A DNA stretch of 64,000 bases, from NCBI RefSeq assembly GCF_001194135.2, contig NC_068983.1, forward strand, positions 164,324,279-164,388,278, read 5' to 3'. The notes under the pieces were generated by a model. That model was not told the origin of the DNA and made no database searches. It saw only the letters and a list, made by a program, of their open reading frames with translations. The DNA comes from Octopus bimaculoides. Its lineage: Eukaryota. Within the stretch, counting starts at the first letter, position 1, and each line of letters opens with the position of its first letter. Positions 1-15,200 of this stretch are shown in pieces. The position numbers and the translations under genes were made by a program.

Positions 1-88
1 AAACACAGGGGTCAATGCAATCAACTAGTCTCCTCCCACCAAATTTCAGGTCTTGTGCCTTTAGTAGAAAGGGTTATTAACCTGATGT

Positions 89-255
89 TAAGGTGGTGAG
101 CTGGCAGAATCGTTAACTCATTGGACAAAATGCTCAGCAGTATTCCGTCCATCTGTACATTCTCAGTTCAAATTCTGCTGAGGTTAAACACTGGGGTTGA
201 TGTTAATTGACTGACCCACTCCTCTAAAATTGCTGACCTTGAGCCAAAATTTAAA
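89..255 (+). mobile_element. tRNA-derived SINE, family A (representative of many copies)
   Basis: Head AAGGTGGTGAGCTGGCAGAATCG, B-box-like CAGTTCAAATTC, body ending TGAGCCAAAATTT. Related copies recur at about 10250, 17500, 24000-24690, 25620-26180, 34030, 35560-35960, 49430-50290 and 53930. Confidence 0.8.
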
Positions 256-299
256 ATCCTTATTGGATTTATTTATATATATTTATATATGTGCCCATG

Positions 300-727
300 G
301 CATGTGTAAGGACTTTCGAGCGAGATCGTTGCCAGTGCCCCTGGACTGGCTCTTGTGTGGGTGGCACATAGAATACACCATTTTGAGCATGGCCATTGCC
401 AGTACCGCCTGACTGGCCTTCGTGCTGGTGGCACATAAAAGCACCCACGACATTCTCGGAGTGGTTGGCATTAGGAAGGGCATCCAGCTGTANNNNNNNN
501 NNCGCCTGACTGGCCTTCGTGCTGGTGGCACATAAAAGCACCCACGACATTCTCGGAGTGGTTGGCATTAGGAAGGGCATCCAGCTGTAGAAACTCTGCC
601 AAATCAGATTGGAGCCTGGTGTAGCCATCTGGTTTCACCAGTCCTTAGTCAAATCGTCCAACCCATGCTAGCATGGAAAGCGGACGTTAAACGACGATGA
701 TGCTGCTGCTGCTGCTGATGATGATGG
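300..727 (+). mobile_element. SINE/LINE 3' end with (GAT)n tail, family B
   Basis: GGTTGGCATTAGGAAGGGCATCCAGCTGTAGAAAC...CCAACCCATGCTAGCATGGAAAGCGGACGTTAAACGACGATGATG. Repeated at about 4971, 8500, 14470, 21380(-), 24960, 26990, 27560, 34300, 38050 and 39995. Confidence 0.8.
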
Positions 728-890
728 GCTTCTTTCAGTTTCCGTCTACCAAATCCACTCACAAGGCTTTAGTCAGCCTGAGGCTATAGTAGAAGACACT
801 TGCCCAAGGTGCCATGCTGTGGGACTGAACCCAGAACCATGTGGTTGGTAAGCAAGCTACTTACCACACAGCCACTCCTGCACCTCTATT
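728..890 (-). mobile_element. tRNA-derived SINE, family C, 5' half
   Basis: Reverse strand reads GGCTGTGTGGTAAGTAGCTTGCTTACCAACCACATGGTTCTGGGTTCAGTCCCAC...GGATTTGGTAGACGGAAACTGAAAGAAGCCC, the same as the copy at 46220-46385. Confidence 0.8.
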
Positions 891-1550
891 CAATTACAAG
901 ACTTAGGTCAGCCCAGAGCTGACCAATGGTAGAATATACGTCCCCAAGGTGTCATGCAGTGGGATTCAATCCAAAGACATTTGGAAAGGAAACGAGGTTC
1001 TTAACCACAAAGCCGTGTCTGTGCCCATGTATATATATGTGTGTTTGTGTGCATGTATACATATCTTTTAGCTTTTACTTGTTTCAGTCATTAGACTGCG
1101 GCCATGCTGGGGCTCCAACTAAAAATTCTAGCCAAATGAATTGACCCCCCCCCCACCCAGTTCTTTTTTACTTTTCTGAACCCGGTGCTTAATTTATTGG
1201 TCACTTTTTGCCAAACTGCTAAGTTAGTGGGAAATAACCACACCAACACCAGTTATCAGTGGTGGAGGATGAACACCGATAGAAACACTCACACAGACAC
1301 ACACACATACACACACACATACATACATACATATATATATATAAGGTGTGTTATGAGCATTTATAGCACACGTATCCTATATAAACTCGACAAACAATTG
1401 AAGATAGAGAAGAGGTGTTATAAGTTTATAAAATGTTCATCCATACATACGATTGTTTTGAGCGGCAATATTAATGTGCAAAAAACATGGTAAAAATTAG
1501 AAATTAATTTAATTATAATTAAATTAATTACATATCTCTGTTCTCCTCAG

Positions 1551-1619
1551 TGTGAAAGAAGAATACATCAAAAAGAATATATAAGAAGATTATTATAGTG
1601 TTAGAGAAGACAAGATGGA
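1551..1619 (+). other. candidate spliced exon carrying a possible start codon
   Basis: Acceptor ctctgttctcctcag| and donor |gtgagt. The 69 nt have stops in all frames upstream of AAGATGGA, so ATG 1615-1617 could be a start codon (phase 2 end). Confidence 0.25.
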
Positions 1620-2353
1620 GTGAGTNNNNNNNNNNNNNNNNNNNNNNNNNNNNNNNNNNNNNNNNNNNNNNNNNNNNNNNNNNNNNNNNNNNNNNNNNNN
1701 NNNNNNNNNNNNNNNNNNNNNNNNNNNNNNNNNNNNNNNNNNNNNNNNNNNNNNNNNNNNNNNNNNNNNNNNNNNNNNNNNNNNNNNNNNNNNNNNNNNN
1801 NNNNNNNNNNNNNNNNNNNNNNNNNNNNNNNNNNNNNNNNNNNNNTACAGATATTTTTTTCACGTCTGGCCTACAGCCCTCCTTGTTTATTTTCACTGTT
1901 TCATTTTCCTGTCGTGTTTTCTGTTTGCCCCGTAATTCCTCCGCATTACAAATTTAATTTAATTTGTTTCCACGGGAAGAACTATTCTAACCATGCGTCC
2001 TGCCCTAATTCTTCGAAACACTTAGTTTAGAATATGGGCAGCTGATGAAAGAAATATTCTCTATGTGGCGCGTTTGTTTTCTGTGCTCTGTTTATGTTCT
2101 GTTTTTCATCTTGTGCACATTTTGTTCTGACATCCTGTGCCCAGATATGCATCTATATATACATGTAGATGTAGGTATGTACATACATGTATGTATATAT
2201 GCATATACTCACATATATGTATTATATATATATATATATATATATATGCATATATACATATGGGAGAATGTACGAAAAAAAAAACAACAGACGAAGACCG
2301 GTGATGTAAACAACAAAAGGATGTATTAGTTTGACACTCAGGAATACAGAAAG

Positions 2354-2390
2354 TCTTTAACGTTTCGAGCTACGCGCTTCAACAGAAAGA
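2354..2390 (-). ncRNA. degenerate PLE-type minimal hammerhead motif
   Basis: Reverse strand: tcttt-CTGTTGA-AGCGCGTAGCTC-GAAAC-GTT-A-aaga. Helix III is palindromic (AACGTT); the core is CUGUUGA rather than CUGANGA. Confidence 0.4.
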
Positions 2391-4900
<2,510 letters not shown>

Positions 4901-5109
4901 TTGATATATGTATGCAAGAAAAAACTTTTTCATCTCTAGAATTTACAAGAGAACCATTCATTTTCATTGAAGGGCATCCAGCTGTAGAAACTCTGCCAAA
5001 TTAGATTAGAGCCTGGTGTTGCCATCCGGTTTCAGCAATCCTCAGTCAAATCGTCCAACCCATGCTAGCATGGAAAGCGGACGTTAAACGATGATGAATG
5101 ATGATGGCA

Positions 5110-5730
5110 GAGTTCTTTTGTTTCCATGTAACCATGTAACAACCTTTGGTTTTGGAACTTTGGTTGACATAATCATGAAGGAGAAGACACTTTCTCAAAG
5201 GTGCTTGGCATTAGAATCAAATTTGGTGGCACATGGCTGCAAAATGATTTCCTTAACCATGGTGTCACATCTGTACCCCTGTATTTATAAAGCACTTTTT
5301 TTGATTGCCCCATTTCTCGCCATAACTCCAATATTTGTAGCATTAACATTACTGGAATTTGCAATTACCTGAAGAAACTTCTCTTTTAATCGTAAGAATT
5401 ATCATTTGTTCTATCAACACAGAATAACCTTGAAGCAACGCTAAATCCAGAAAGTTCTTCATTTCCCTGGTATTTTCTTTGAAACCAAAAGCTGATTCTT
5501 TTAATACCTGTCTGTTAGTTTTTGTTTGCCTTTCAGCACCAGACTTTTAAAATATTTTCAAGAATTCAACTGTTTCCTCCACATTAGGAAACCTTAGTAA
5601 ATGGCACTGACAGTGTCTGATTTTTGAATATAAATTACTTATGTAAGAGGGAAGGAGTCTTTGATTAATTTTGGTTGTTTCTTGGAATTTATGAGAGATT
5701 TTGATGTGGCTGTTAGCAGTTGTTACCATG
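5110..5730 (-). pseudogene. possible decayed non-LTR retrotransposon ORF (R4-like pre-RT region)
   Basis: Stop-interrupted frames RFPNVEETVEFLKIF, KYRGTDVTPWLRKSF and VVTWLHGNKRTL loosely resemble the KAPGPDG..GFWLK and EWMT.GRT motifs. Confidence 0.3.
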
Positions 5731-5836
5731 GCTTCCTTCGTGTATCTCTATGTGTGAGTCTAGTTGTATGTCTGTGTGTGAAAAACTGTGTGTGACAGTC
5801 CAATCTATGTATGTGTCTGTGTGCGCATATATATAA

Positions 5837-5881
<45 letters not shown>

Positions 5882-6297
5882 AATGATGAACTCTGTTGAA
5901 TAGGAATTCAGGTAGTTAGATAGATAGATAGAGAGAGAGAGAAAGTGACGGAGAGGAAGAGAGAGAGAAATAGACAGAGAGAGAAAGAAAATTNNNNNNN
6001 NNNNNNNNNNNNNNNNNNNNNNNNNNNNNNNNNNNNNNNNNNNNNNNNNNNNNNNNNNNNNNNNNNNNNNNNNNNNNNNNNNNNNNNNNNNNNNNNNNNN
6101 NNNNNNNNNNNNNNNNNNNNNNNNNNNNNNNNNNNNNNNNNNNNNNNNNNNNNNNNNNNNNNNNNNNNNNNNNNNNNNNNNNNNNNNNNNNNNNNNNNNN
6201 NNNNNNNNNNNNNNNNNNNNNNNNNNNNNNNNNNNNNNNNNNNNNNNNNNNNNNNNNNNNNNNNNNNNNNNNNNNNNNNNNNNNNNNNNNNNNNNNN

Positions 6298-6341
<44 letters not shown>

Positions 6342-6451
6342 GAGAGAGAGAAAGAGAAAGAGAGAGAATTAGGAATGATGTGATATCCATAATAGAATCA
6401 TTGGTATTGATATTAATTCCTGCTTCTGACTCTTTCACTCCCTTGTGCCAG

Positions 6452-6474
6452 CCTAAATGCATTTGGAAAGCCAG
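6452..6474 (+). other. candidate 23-nt micro-exon
   Basis: Long pyrimidine tract tgcttctgactctttcactcccttgtgccag| and donor CAG|gtatga. Frame 1 reads LNAFGKP. Confidence 0.3.
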
Positions 6475-6672
6475 GTATGACACTAAAACCAAATTCTACA
6501 GCCTTCATTAGTCATTAATGAATATAATAATTGATGAGACATAAAGTAATTTTATTAATTTAGCCTGCAAATCCACGGGTTAAATGCATATCTCTATTAT
6601 CATCATTTCTCACTCTCTTTCCTTTCACCTCTCTTTCTCTTTTTTCCTCTCTAACTGCTTATCTATCTCCCT

Positions 6673-6736
<64 letters not shown>

Positions 6737-7119
6737 CTATTTATCTATCTATTTATCTAGCTAGCTATCTATCTACCTCTCTCTCTCTCTTTATCTATTA
6801 TTCTGTCTGTCTATCTTCCTCTTTGTACTCTCCATGTCTGTCACCCCCCACCCCCCCCAATATGCTGTATCCATCAAGAGCTGTTGACTTTCTGCATTCA
6901 TAAGTTCTGAGGCTAATGGTTTGTCTGGTGTCACACTGCAACAGACACAGATTCATTTCTAACTGAGTTGACAGGGAAAATGTGAAATGAAGAACCTTAC
7001 CCAAGGACACAATGCACTGACCAGTGCCAGAAGACATATTTAATATGTCTTCAACAACACAGAGCCACTGGACTTTATGTCGTCAAGAAATGACCACACT
7101 GTCACCATTTCACATTTTG

Positions 7120-7255
7120 TGGCCAACCTCAGTAATGGCTGAAAGAGTACAATCACAAATAGAAGTGGCCGAGATAAGGGTTCACTGATGTATCTCTGAA
7201 GGGACATTACATGACAGGCTGTATTGCACAGTAATCAGAGGCCTCCTTGGGTCAA
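7120..7255 (+). mobile_element. RTE-clade LINE C-terminal remnant
   Basis: VMAERVQSQIEVAEIRVH*CISEGTLHDRLYCTVIRGLLG resembles the RTE motif VMTERVRSRIQAAEMGFLRRISGVTL.DK. Confidence 0.55.
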
Positions 7256-7265
7256 GTCACTACAA

Positions 7266-7350
7266 GCATATGGCGTAGTGGGTAAGAGCGCGGGCTACTA
7301 ACCCCAAGATTCCGAGTTCGATTCCAGGTAGTGACCTGAATAATAATAAT

Positions 7351-7397
<47 letters not shown>

Positions 7398-7403
7398 TGA
7401 TGA
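7266..7403 (+). mobile_element. tRNA-like SINE head with (TAA)n/(TGA)n tail
   Basis: A-box TGGCGTAGTGG and B-box GAGTTCGATTC in a roughly 72-nt tRNA-like segment, followed directly by TAA repeats. The acceptor stem is not clean, so it is not called as a tRNA gene. Confidence 0.65.
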
Positions 7404-7537
7404 CGTCAAAAAAAGTCACTATTTCTCTGCACTAAGGGGTGTCATGGATCTAAGAATATTGATATTTGATTAGAATGTCAGAGGAAAGAATCACAAGATG
7501 GAACCTTCAAGCCAAACCAACCAAGAAGAAACTAAAG

Positions 7538-7570
<33 letters not shown>

Positions 7571-7976
7571 GGGCTTCTTTCAGTTTCCATCTACCAAATC
7601 CACTCACAAAGCTGTGGTTGACCTGAGGCTATAGTAGAAGACACTTGCCCAAGATGTCACGCAGTGGGACTGAACCCAGAACCATGTGGCTGGGAAACAA
7701 GCTTCCTACCATACAGCCGTGCTTGCACCAAAACATATATATATACATATACAAATATATGTATATGTATGAGAGGTTTTGATATCCAGAAGACCCAAAA
7801 GGCAGGTAAGGCTATGTAAGTGCTACAAAAGGACCGTAGTTAGACTCCCGGTTTGATAACAGTATGAGTGAGGAGTTTAATGTGGGTCATGTGTGAGCAT
7901 GTATATGTTAAATAAAATGAGACAACAAAGCCAAGGAAGTGTGAAATTTCTAGGACATTTATAGAGAGAAAAGTAG

Positions 7977-8022
7977 TCTTACAGCTGTTTCAGGGATATG
8001 AGGGATATTCCTTCATCAGAGA
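7977..8022 (-). ncRNA. type I minimal hammerhead ribozyme
   Basis: Reverse strand: tct-CTGATGA-AGGAATATccctcATATCCCT-GAAAC-AGCT-GTA-aga. Intact core, stem I tct/aga, stem II, palindromic helix III ACAGCTGT, GUA cleavage triplet. Confidence 0.75.
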
Positions 8023-8101
8023 TGATATGAGAGAGTTAACTAGATGGAAATAGAGGGAAAATAAACTCTACTGTTTCCCTCTATTTAACTTGCACATATC
8101 A

Positions 8102-8147
8102 TCTCTGATGAAGGAATACCCCTCACATCCCTGAAACAGTTGTAAGA
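8102..8147 (+). ncRNA. type I minimal hammerhead ribozyme
   Basis: tct-CTGATGA(8105-8111)-AGGAATACCCCTCACATCCCT-GAAAC-AGTT-GTA-aga. Intact core; the helix III palindrome carries one change (AGTT). Confidence 0.7.
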
Positions 8148-8783
8148 CTACTTTTCTCTTTATAAATGTCCTAGAAATTTTTCACTGCCTTGGTTTTGCT
8201 GTCTCATTTTATTTAACATATATATATGTATGTATGTATAAAGGGAGAGTGAGAGAAAGAAAGAGAGAACAAGCGAAAGACATGACATGTGTGTATAAAT
8301 ATGTTTATATGTGTAAGTATTAATTAGTTACAGGATTCAATAGAATCTAGGCACATCAATTGTCAGGATGCCAAAAATGGCCAGGTACAATAACAGGTAC
8401 TTATGTATCTACAGTGTCCTACAAACACTTGATACCTTCGGTGCTGTTTTACCTATATGTATCTGTATAGACCTCACCATTGTTGCCTCCACAGAAAAAG
8501 CATCCAGGCCACTCTGAAAATGGTTGGCATTGGGTAGGGTACCACACCTTAAAAACCATTCCAAAGTAGACAGTAGAGCTTGTTGCAGTCCTCTGGCTTG
8601 CCAGCTCCTGTCAAGCCGTCCAACCCATGCCAGCATGGAAAACGGACGTCAGATCAAGTTAACGACGATGACAACAATGATGATGATGATGATTATTATG
8701 ATGATGCACATATATTAACCGAATGTAACCTTTACAATATATGTTCAATACTCTAATTTTTTGTCAGTACAACTCTCTGTATG

Positions 8784-8833
<50 letters not shown>

Positions 8834-9184
8834 CGGGTTTATACTGGCACTCAAACACACACACACACATATAGACATGCATATAAACCCATACATAAAT
8901 ATTATCGAAGGAAAAGTAAAATATATTAATGCATGACGGTATACCTGTGTACAGAAATATATGCAAGTCTATGTCTGTCTGTGTGTCTTAGTCACACACA
9001 CATAGATATATGCGCGCACACACACACACATACACAAACACACACTTTCTCTCTCCCTTGTTATGTATGTCTTCAGGCATTTATGTAAATATAAATAAAT
9101 ATATATAAATGTGTATTTATGATATAAATATATATATATATACATATACATACATACATACACACATACGTATAAACATACACA

Positions 9185-9218
<34 letters not shown>

Positions 9219-9461
9219 AATAGATATATATATATATACATAGGGACAGAGAGAATGGAAAAGAGAGTTGTATACATTCATATACATGTGTACAATCATA
9301 CACATAGAAATACATATACATACATATACATACATACATACATATATATATTCACGTATATATATCTATATATATATATGTATATATGTATATATATGTA
9401 TGTATACATATGTATATTATATACATACATACATACATATATATGTATATATATATAAATG

Positions 9462-9509
<48 letters not shown>

Positions 9510-9908
9510 CAAACACACGCATCTATATTTTACTTATTTTCTCTGAATACACTTGCAAGATCCTCCTGCATTAATTTACCCATAGATTAAACACCAAACA
9601 AATGCAGCTGGCGTAAACTTGTGCACAAAACCACGCAAAGCCCATTGCATCTTTAGATATCTCAACCTCATACCATTAGATGCAACATGTTTTTGTTTTT
9701 ATATATTTATTTATTCTGCTTCTGATTTTTGTTTCTTTTTATTTTTTAGTTGTGGAATATATTTTACTGTCTTTGATTTATGTCACGTTATTTTCTCATA
9801 ATGACATATTTACATAGCATTTTTGGGGGTTGTTTTGAGGTTTTATTTTTATTTACTTCTGTTTTATAACTTCATTTTATATATAAGTGTCACTAGCTTT
9901 ATTATTAA

Positions 9909-9956
<48 letters not shown>

Positions 9957-9974
9957 CATTATTATAATCATCAC

Positions 9975-10021
<47 letters not shown>

Positions 10022-10149
10022 CCATCATTATCACCATCACCATCACCATCATCACCATCACCATCATCATCAAAGGGTGTGATAGTAATATAATGATTAG
10101 AGTAAGTTAAAAAATAATAATGATAATAACAATAAAAATAATAATAATA

Positions 10150-10217
<68 letters not shown>

Positions 10218-10473
10218 AGGAACAACAAAAACAGTAATAATGATAAAAATTAAGGCGGTGACGTGGCAGAATCGTTAGCGTGCAGAGTGAAATGCTTTGT
10301 TGGCATTTCACTAGTTGTTACGTTCCGAGCTCAAATTCCACCGAGGTCCACTTTGCCTTTCATCCTTTCGGGGGCCAACAAAATATGCACCAGCTGAATA
10401 TTGGTATGGGGATCGATATAATTGACTCGCCCCATCGCCTGAAATTGCTGGTCTTGTGTCAAAATTTGAAACC

Positions 10474-10522
<49 letters not shown>

Positions 10523-11107
10523 TTGATGATGATAAAGAGTATTAAGCTTGCAAAGGTGACACTACAGTGTTCTGTTGTGTTGTTATTACACATCGACATC
10601 ATATTGCAAAACACATGATCACTGTGAAAGAGAATTATGAAAGTGAAGGGAAACTAATGAAAAATTGAGGAAACTATCAATCTGAATACACTTGTGGATG
10701 TATGGAAATTTTATAAAAATATATGAACAAGATCTTAGAAATTGAAGTAAAAAAAAACTCGTAGGAAGATCACATAACGTAAATAAAATGAAAGAAACAT
10801 GAAAGTGGTGACCTTTCCTAACCAATAAATGCATTGTAACTGAATCCATCATGTATAAAATAGATAAACCTCAAAAACACATATGATAAATGAGCCCTCA
10901 AAGTAATGTAAAAATACGACGGAAGCCACTAGCCATGAAACAAATAAGGTATTACAACAGATAAAAGTAGAAACAAAATATGGCAGAACACTGAAAAATG
11001 GTGATGGAAGCCATACAAGTTAACATAGAAATGTTTAAGCAAATATTCTGCCACAATGAAAAACTGTATGTTTGAGTTTTTGTCAAACAACAAAAGGAAT
11101 AAACACA

Positions 11108-11337
11108 TTAGCCCTTTTGATACAAATCCGGTTGAAACCAGCTCTGGTTCTGTAGTAGAAATGTCTTGTTTTCATAAGTTTTGAATTAAAAACTTCTACC
11201 AAACCTTAGTCCCAATTTATGTTCCTAACACTAGCTGAATGACAACTAAGTTATTTTACTAAATTCTTTGTTATATTGAAAATTAATTGAAAGAAACACA
11301 GAGCATCTCAACAGAAATATGGTAATAAAAAGGTTAA
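11108..11337. mobile_element. piggyBac-like non-autonomous element (MITE)
   Basis: Starts TTAG-CCCTTTTGATAC and ends GGTAATAAAAAGG-TTAA, i.e. decayed CCCTTT..AAAGGG termini with a TTAA-type target site. Confidence 0.5.
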
Positions 11338-12726
11338 AACAGGCTGACAAGAGTTCACTTTGAGGAATTATCTGAACTATTAAAGGAAATTTTACCTGTG
11401 ATTGTGTTAAATTATAAGGCACCAAAAGAAAATGACTCTCCCCAGACACAACAGAATTCACTGCATTTGTTTCAGGTAATAGAAAAAAATGCAGTATATA
11501 CAGAAAAATATCATGGCTATAATTAAGATGGTGTTTAGAAAATAGATTAAGATGAAATTTTGTTGGAAGGTTTTAATTTAAATCATTTTTAAAACAGGAA
11601 GATTGTATCCCAGAACTAGGGTTGAGCTCAGGTAGGTTGGTATCCAAAAAAGGTTCAAATACTCTGTCAGGTGTCATTTAGCTTAACAGAACTGGAATTT
11701 GAGAGGTGCAGAGTTCAGTTCCCCATAGAGATTTGCTGGCCAACTTTCAAAGGGTTAAAATAGTTTAAATTAAAACCTTACAATATTTTATTTTAATTGA
11801 TGATTCTAAAAACAGCTTATGAAGGACAAAATTATTTTGATAAATTCTTTATTATTTTATAAGTTAATTGAAATAAAGTTCATGCATTTCAGCAAAAATA
11901 TGATACATAAAGGATTAAAAGTGATCGAAATTAAAGTATTTTCTCAAAATTCCAGGTTATATTCCTAAAACCCAATTAGTAATGACAAAAGGCTGGAGTC
12001 TTCATAACATTCATCTGATAAGAGGATGATGATGATGATGATGATGATGGTGGCGGGAGTGTGGTAGTAGTGGTGGCAGTGACGGTGATGATGATGATTA
12101 TGATGCTGATGATGATGCTGATGACAATGCTGCTCATGCCGATATGGATGATGATGATGATGATGATGCTGTTGCTGCTGTTGATGACGATGGTGACCAT
12201 GCTGGATGACGATGATGATAATACTGACAACAATTAATTAAAGAAAGACTCGTTATCAATACATCATCATCATCATCATCGATCAGCCATCCCAACCGGC
12301 CACATCCCCCAACACACCCACCAATCCTTCCCCTCAACTCCTCCTCCCCTCAGTAGAGTCCCCAACCGTTCATCTCACTTGTAAGTCAAATTGTAGTCTC
12401 TGCTGCAGCAAGGTGTGCACTCCTTACCTTAATGGTTCTTGTTGTCATGGCTGCGAGGTGACACCTTTCTACCTTGCTGTCTCCTTTTTTTCTTTTATTT
12501 ACCTGCCTATTTTTATTTATTCATTCATTTATTTATTTTATTTTATTTACCTTTAACTTCAAAAAGGAAACAAACAAATAAACATATGTAAACTAAGAAA
12601 AAACAACAACAACAACAGCAACAGTAATAACAATAATAATAATAATAAAAAAAATAACGATAACAATAAGAATAGTATTATTATTATCATTATCATTATT
12701 ATTAATAACAGCAACAACAACAACAA

Positions 12727-12782
<56 letters not shown>

Positions 12783-13065
12783 ATAATGATGATGATGATA
12801 GTAATGATGATAAGAACGACAATAACCCTGACTGAAATATAGGAAATGGATAAAATGAAAGTCGCAGCTGCCTCTGGGGTATGATGACTGTGGAGTCTGA
12901 AGTGATGTGGTGCCTCTTTGATAGGAAACTGAAAACGAAATGGATGTACAGATATATCTATATCTATATTTATATCTATATCTATATATATGTATATATA
13001 TATTCACACACACACACACAAACACAAACATACACACTCACATACACACATATACATAATATATA

Positions 13066-13120
<55 letters not shown>

Positions 13121-13123
13121 TAA

Positions 13124-13168
<45 letters not shown>

Positions 13169-13272
13169 CAGATAGATAGATAGACAAATAGGAAAATAAG
13201 GAGAGAGAAAGAGAAGGAGTGAGAGAAAGCACAGAGAACTAGAGAAAGAAAGAAAAAAAAAGAAATGCAGAA

Positions 13273-13329
<57 letters not shown>

Positions 13330-13457
13330 TAGAGAAGTGGAAAGAGACATGGATAAATATCAAAACGATGGGGAACACAGTGGGATGGAGAAGGATAGAT
13401 CCCAAAAGGAATGACGTCCCCACTTCACATACACTATACACACACACATGTATGTAA

Positions 13458-13492
<35 letters not shown>

Positions 13493-15109
13493 GATAGAGA
13501 GAGAGAGACATAGCATATGCAGATATAAATATTTATACACACACTCATGTACATAGATATATGCATATGTGTGACCGTGCATACATATGCATATATATAC
13601 ATATATCCTCCATGCATACATAAATACACACATACATACATCATACACTCACACACACATACATGGAAAAAATGAGAAAGCGTGACACTGTGACAGTAAG
13701 AGAGAGAGAGAAAGAAAGAAAGAGAGAGGAAGCAATAATATGAATATTATGGTGACGGAGTTAGTGAAGGATAAAGACAAATAAACAAGAAAGAAAATTA
13801 AAATAAAGAAAATCCAACCAATGAAAGGAGGAGGTCAAGGAAGAATTTGGTTTGATGTAAAGAATGGAAGGAAAGCAAAATAAAAGAAAATAGCAAAAGA
13901 GAGAGAAAAACCGAAGAATCGATATAGAGGCGCTGTGGAGGTTTGTCATGTTCCTACTGTGTTATATTGGTGTTTTGGTATCGAGTTATTTATTATGGTA
14001 AGCATACCTCTATGGCATTGAAGTCATTTTCAATATTGGTTATTTACTACTGAAGATCTACAGCAGTGTTTTCTAACCATTTCTTGCCGTTGGACCTCTT
14101 TGATTCCTCTTTCACCCAGATGGGACCCCATAACCCTTTGATGTTTTAAAAATCTTAGATTTTAAAAATTATTAGGAATTCTACAAAAAAAAAAAAATGT
14201 TGTTAAAATATTTTCTGCATTGTAGAAGTAAAACTACTTTTCTTTTTTTATTCTTTTATTTGTTTCAGTCATTTGACTGTGGCCATGCTGGAGCACTGCT
14301 TTTAGTCAAACAAATCGACCCCCAAGAATTATTCTATGTAAGCCTAGTACTTATTCTATCGGTCTCTTTTGCCGAACCGCTACGTTACAGGGATGTAAAC
14401 ACGACAGCATCGGTTGTCAAGCGATAGTGGGTGTGGGGGACAAACATAGACACATAAACCATGCAAATGGCACCTGTACCAGTGACATGTAAAAGCATCC
14501 ATTATACTCTCAGATTGGTTGGTGTTAGGAAGAGCATCCAGCCATAGAAACACCATGTCAGATCAGACTGGAGTCTGGTGCAGCCTTCCAGCCTGCCAGC
14601 CCTGGTCAAACCGTCCAACCCATGCCAGCATGGACAACGGACATTAAATGATGATGATGATGATGATGATGATGATACATAATAGGCTTCTTTCAGTTTC
14701 CGTCTACCAAACCCATTCACAAGGCTTTGGACGGCCCTAGGCTATAGTAGAAGACACATGCCCAAGGTGCCAAGCAGTGGGATTGAACCCAGAACCATGT
14801 GGTTGGAAAGCAAGCTTCTAACCACACAGTCACACCTGCATCATAAATTGCCCATGAACTTTTAACAACAAAATTTTACATGGACCGCCCACAAGGGCCA
14901 TATGGATGGATGCCCTAGAGACATGGACTCGAATTGAAAACCTCTAATCTTGAGCTGTGTACAGGTTTTGGTATTGCGATGGTTTCAGGCCCCCAGAGAG
15001 AAGAATATTCTTAGGTGTAGGGAAGTGCAATATTTCCTTCATTTATTTCTAAGGTTGATCTTTGACCCAAGGCTGCATCCATTATCATCTGACTCAGTCT
15101 CTTTCACCT

Positions 15110-15200
15110 GCTTTTCTCATGCTTCACCGCCTCATCCCACATCCTCCTGGGTCTGCCTCTCAGGTCCTGTGTTGATGCAGCCTCTTGTCTTGACCTCAAA
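15110..15200 (-). mobile_element. RTE LINE C-terminal remnant
   Basis: Minus strand LRGRPRRMWDEAVKHE matches the RTE GRPRKTWDEVVK motif. Confidence 0.55.

Larger units (their letters stand above)
7903..8223. repeat. long inverted repeat (PLE pseudo-LTR-like) forming an approximately 150-bp hairpin
   Basis: 7903-8029 is the reverse complement of about 8095-8223 at roughly 90% identity by eye. Inner arms AAATAGAGGGAAA (8048-8060) and TTTCCCTCTATTT (8074-8086). Confidence 0.9.

Noticed and set aside
406-589. Identical 87-bp direct repeat (406-492 and 503-589)
   Set aside because: The copies flank a 10-N gap exactly, which is a typical contig-overlap scaffolding artefact.
1994-2060. GAAAC ... 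CTGATGA as a type II hammerhead
   Set aside because: Stem I cannot form between the putative cleavage site and CUGAUGA.
7266-7337. Possible tRNA gene
   Set aside because: A and B boxes are present, but there is no clean acceptor stem and a TAA tail follows directly, so a SINE head is more likely.
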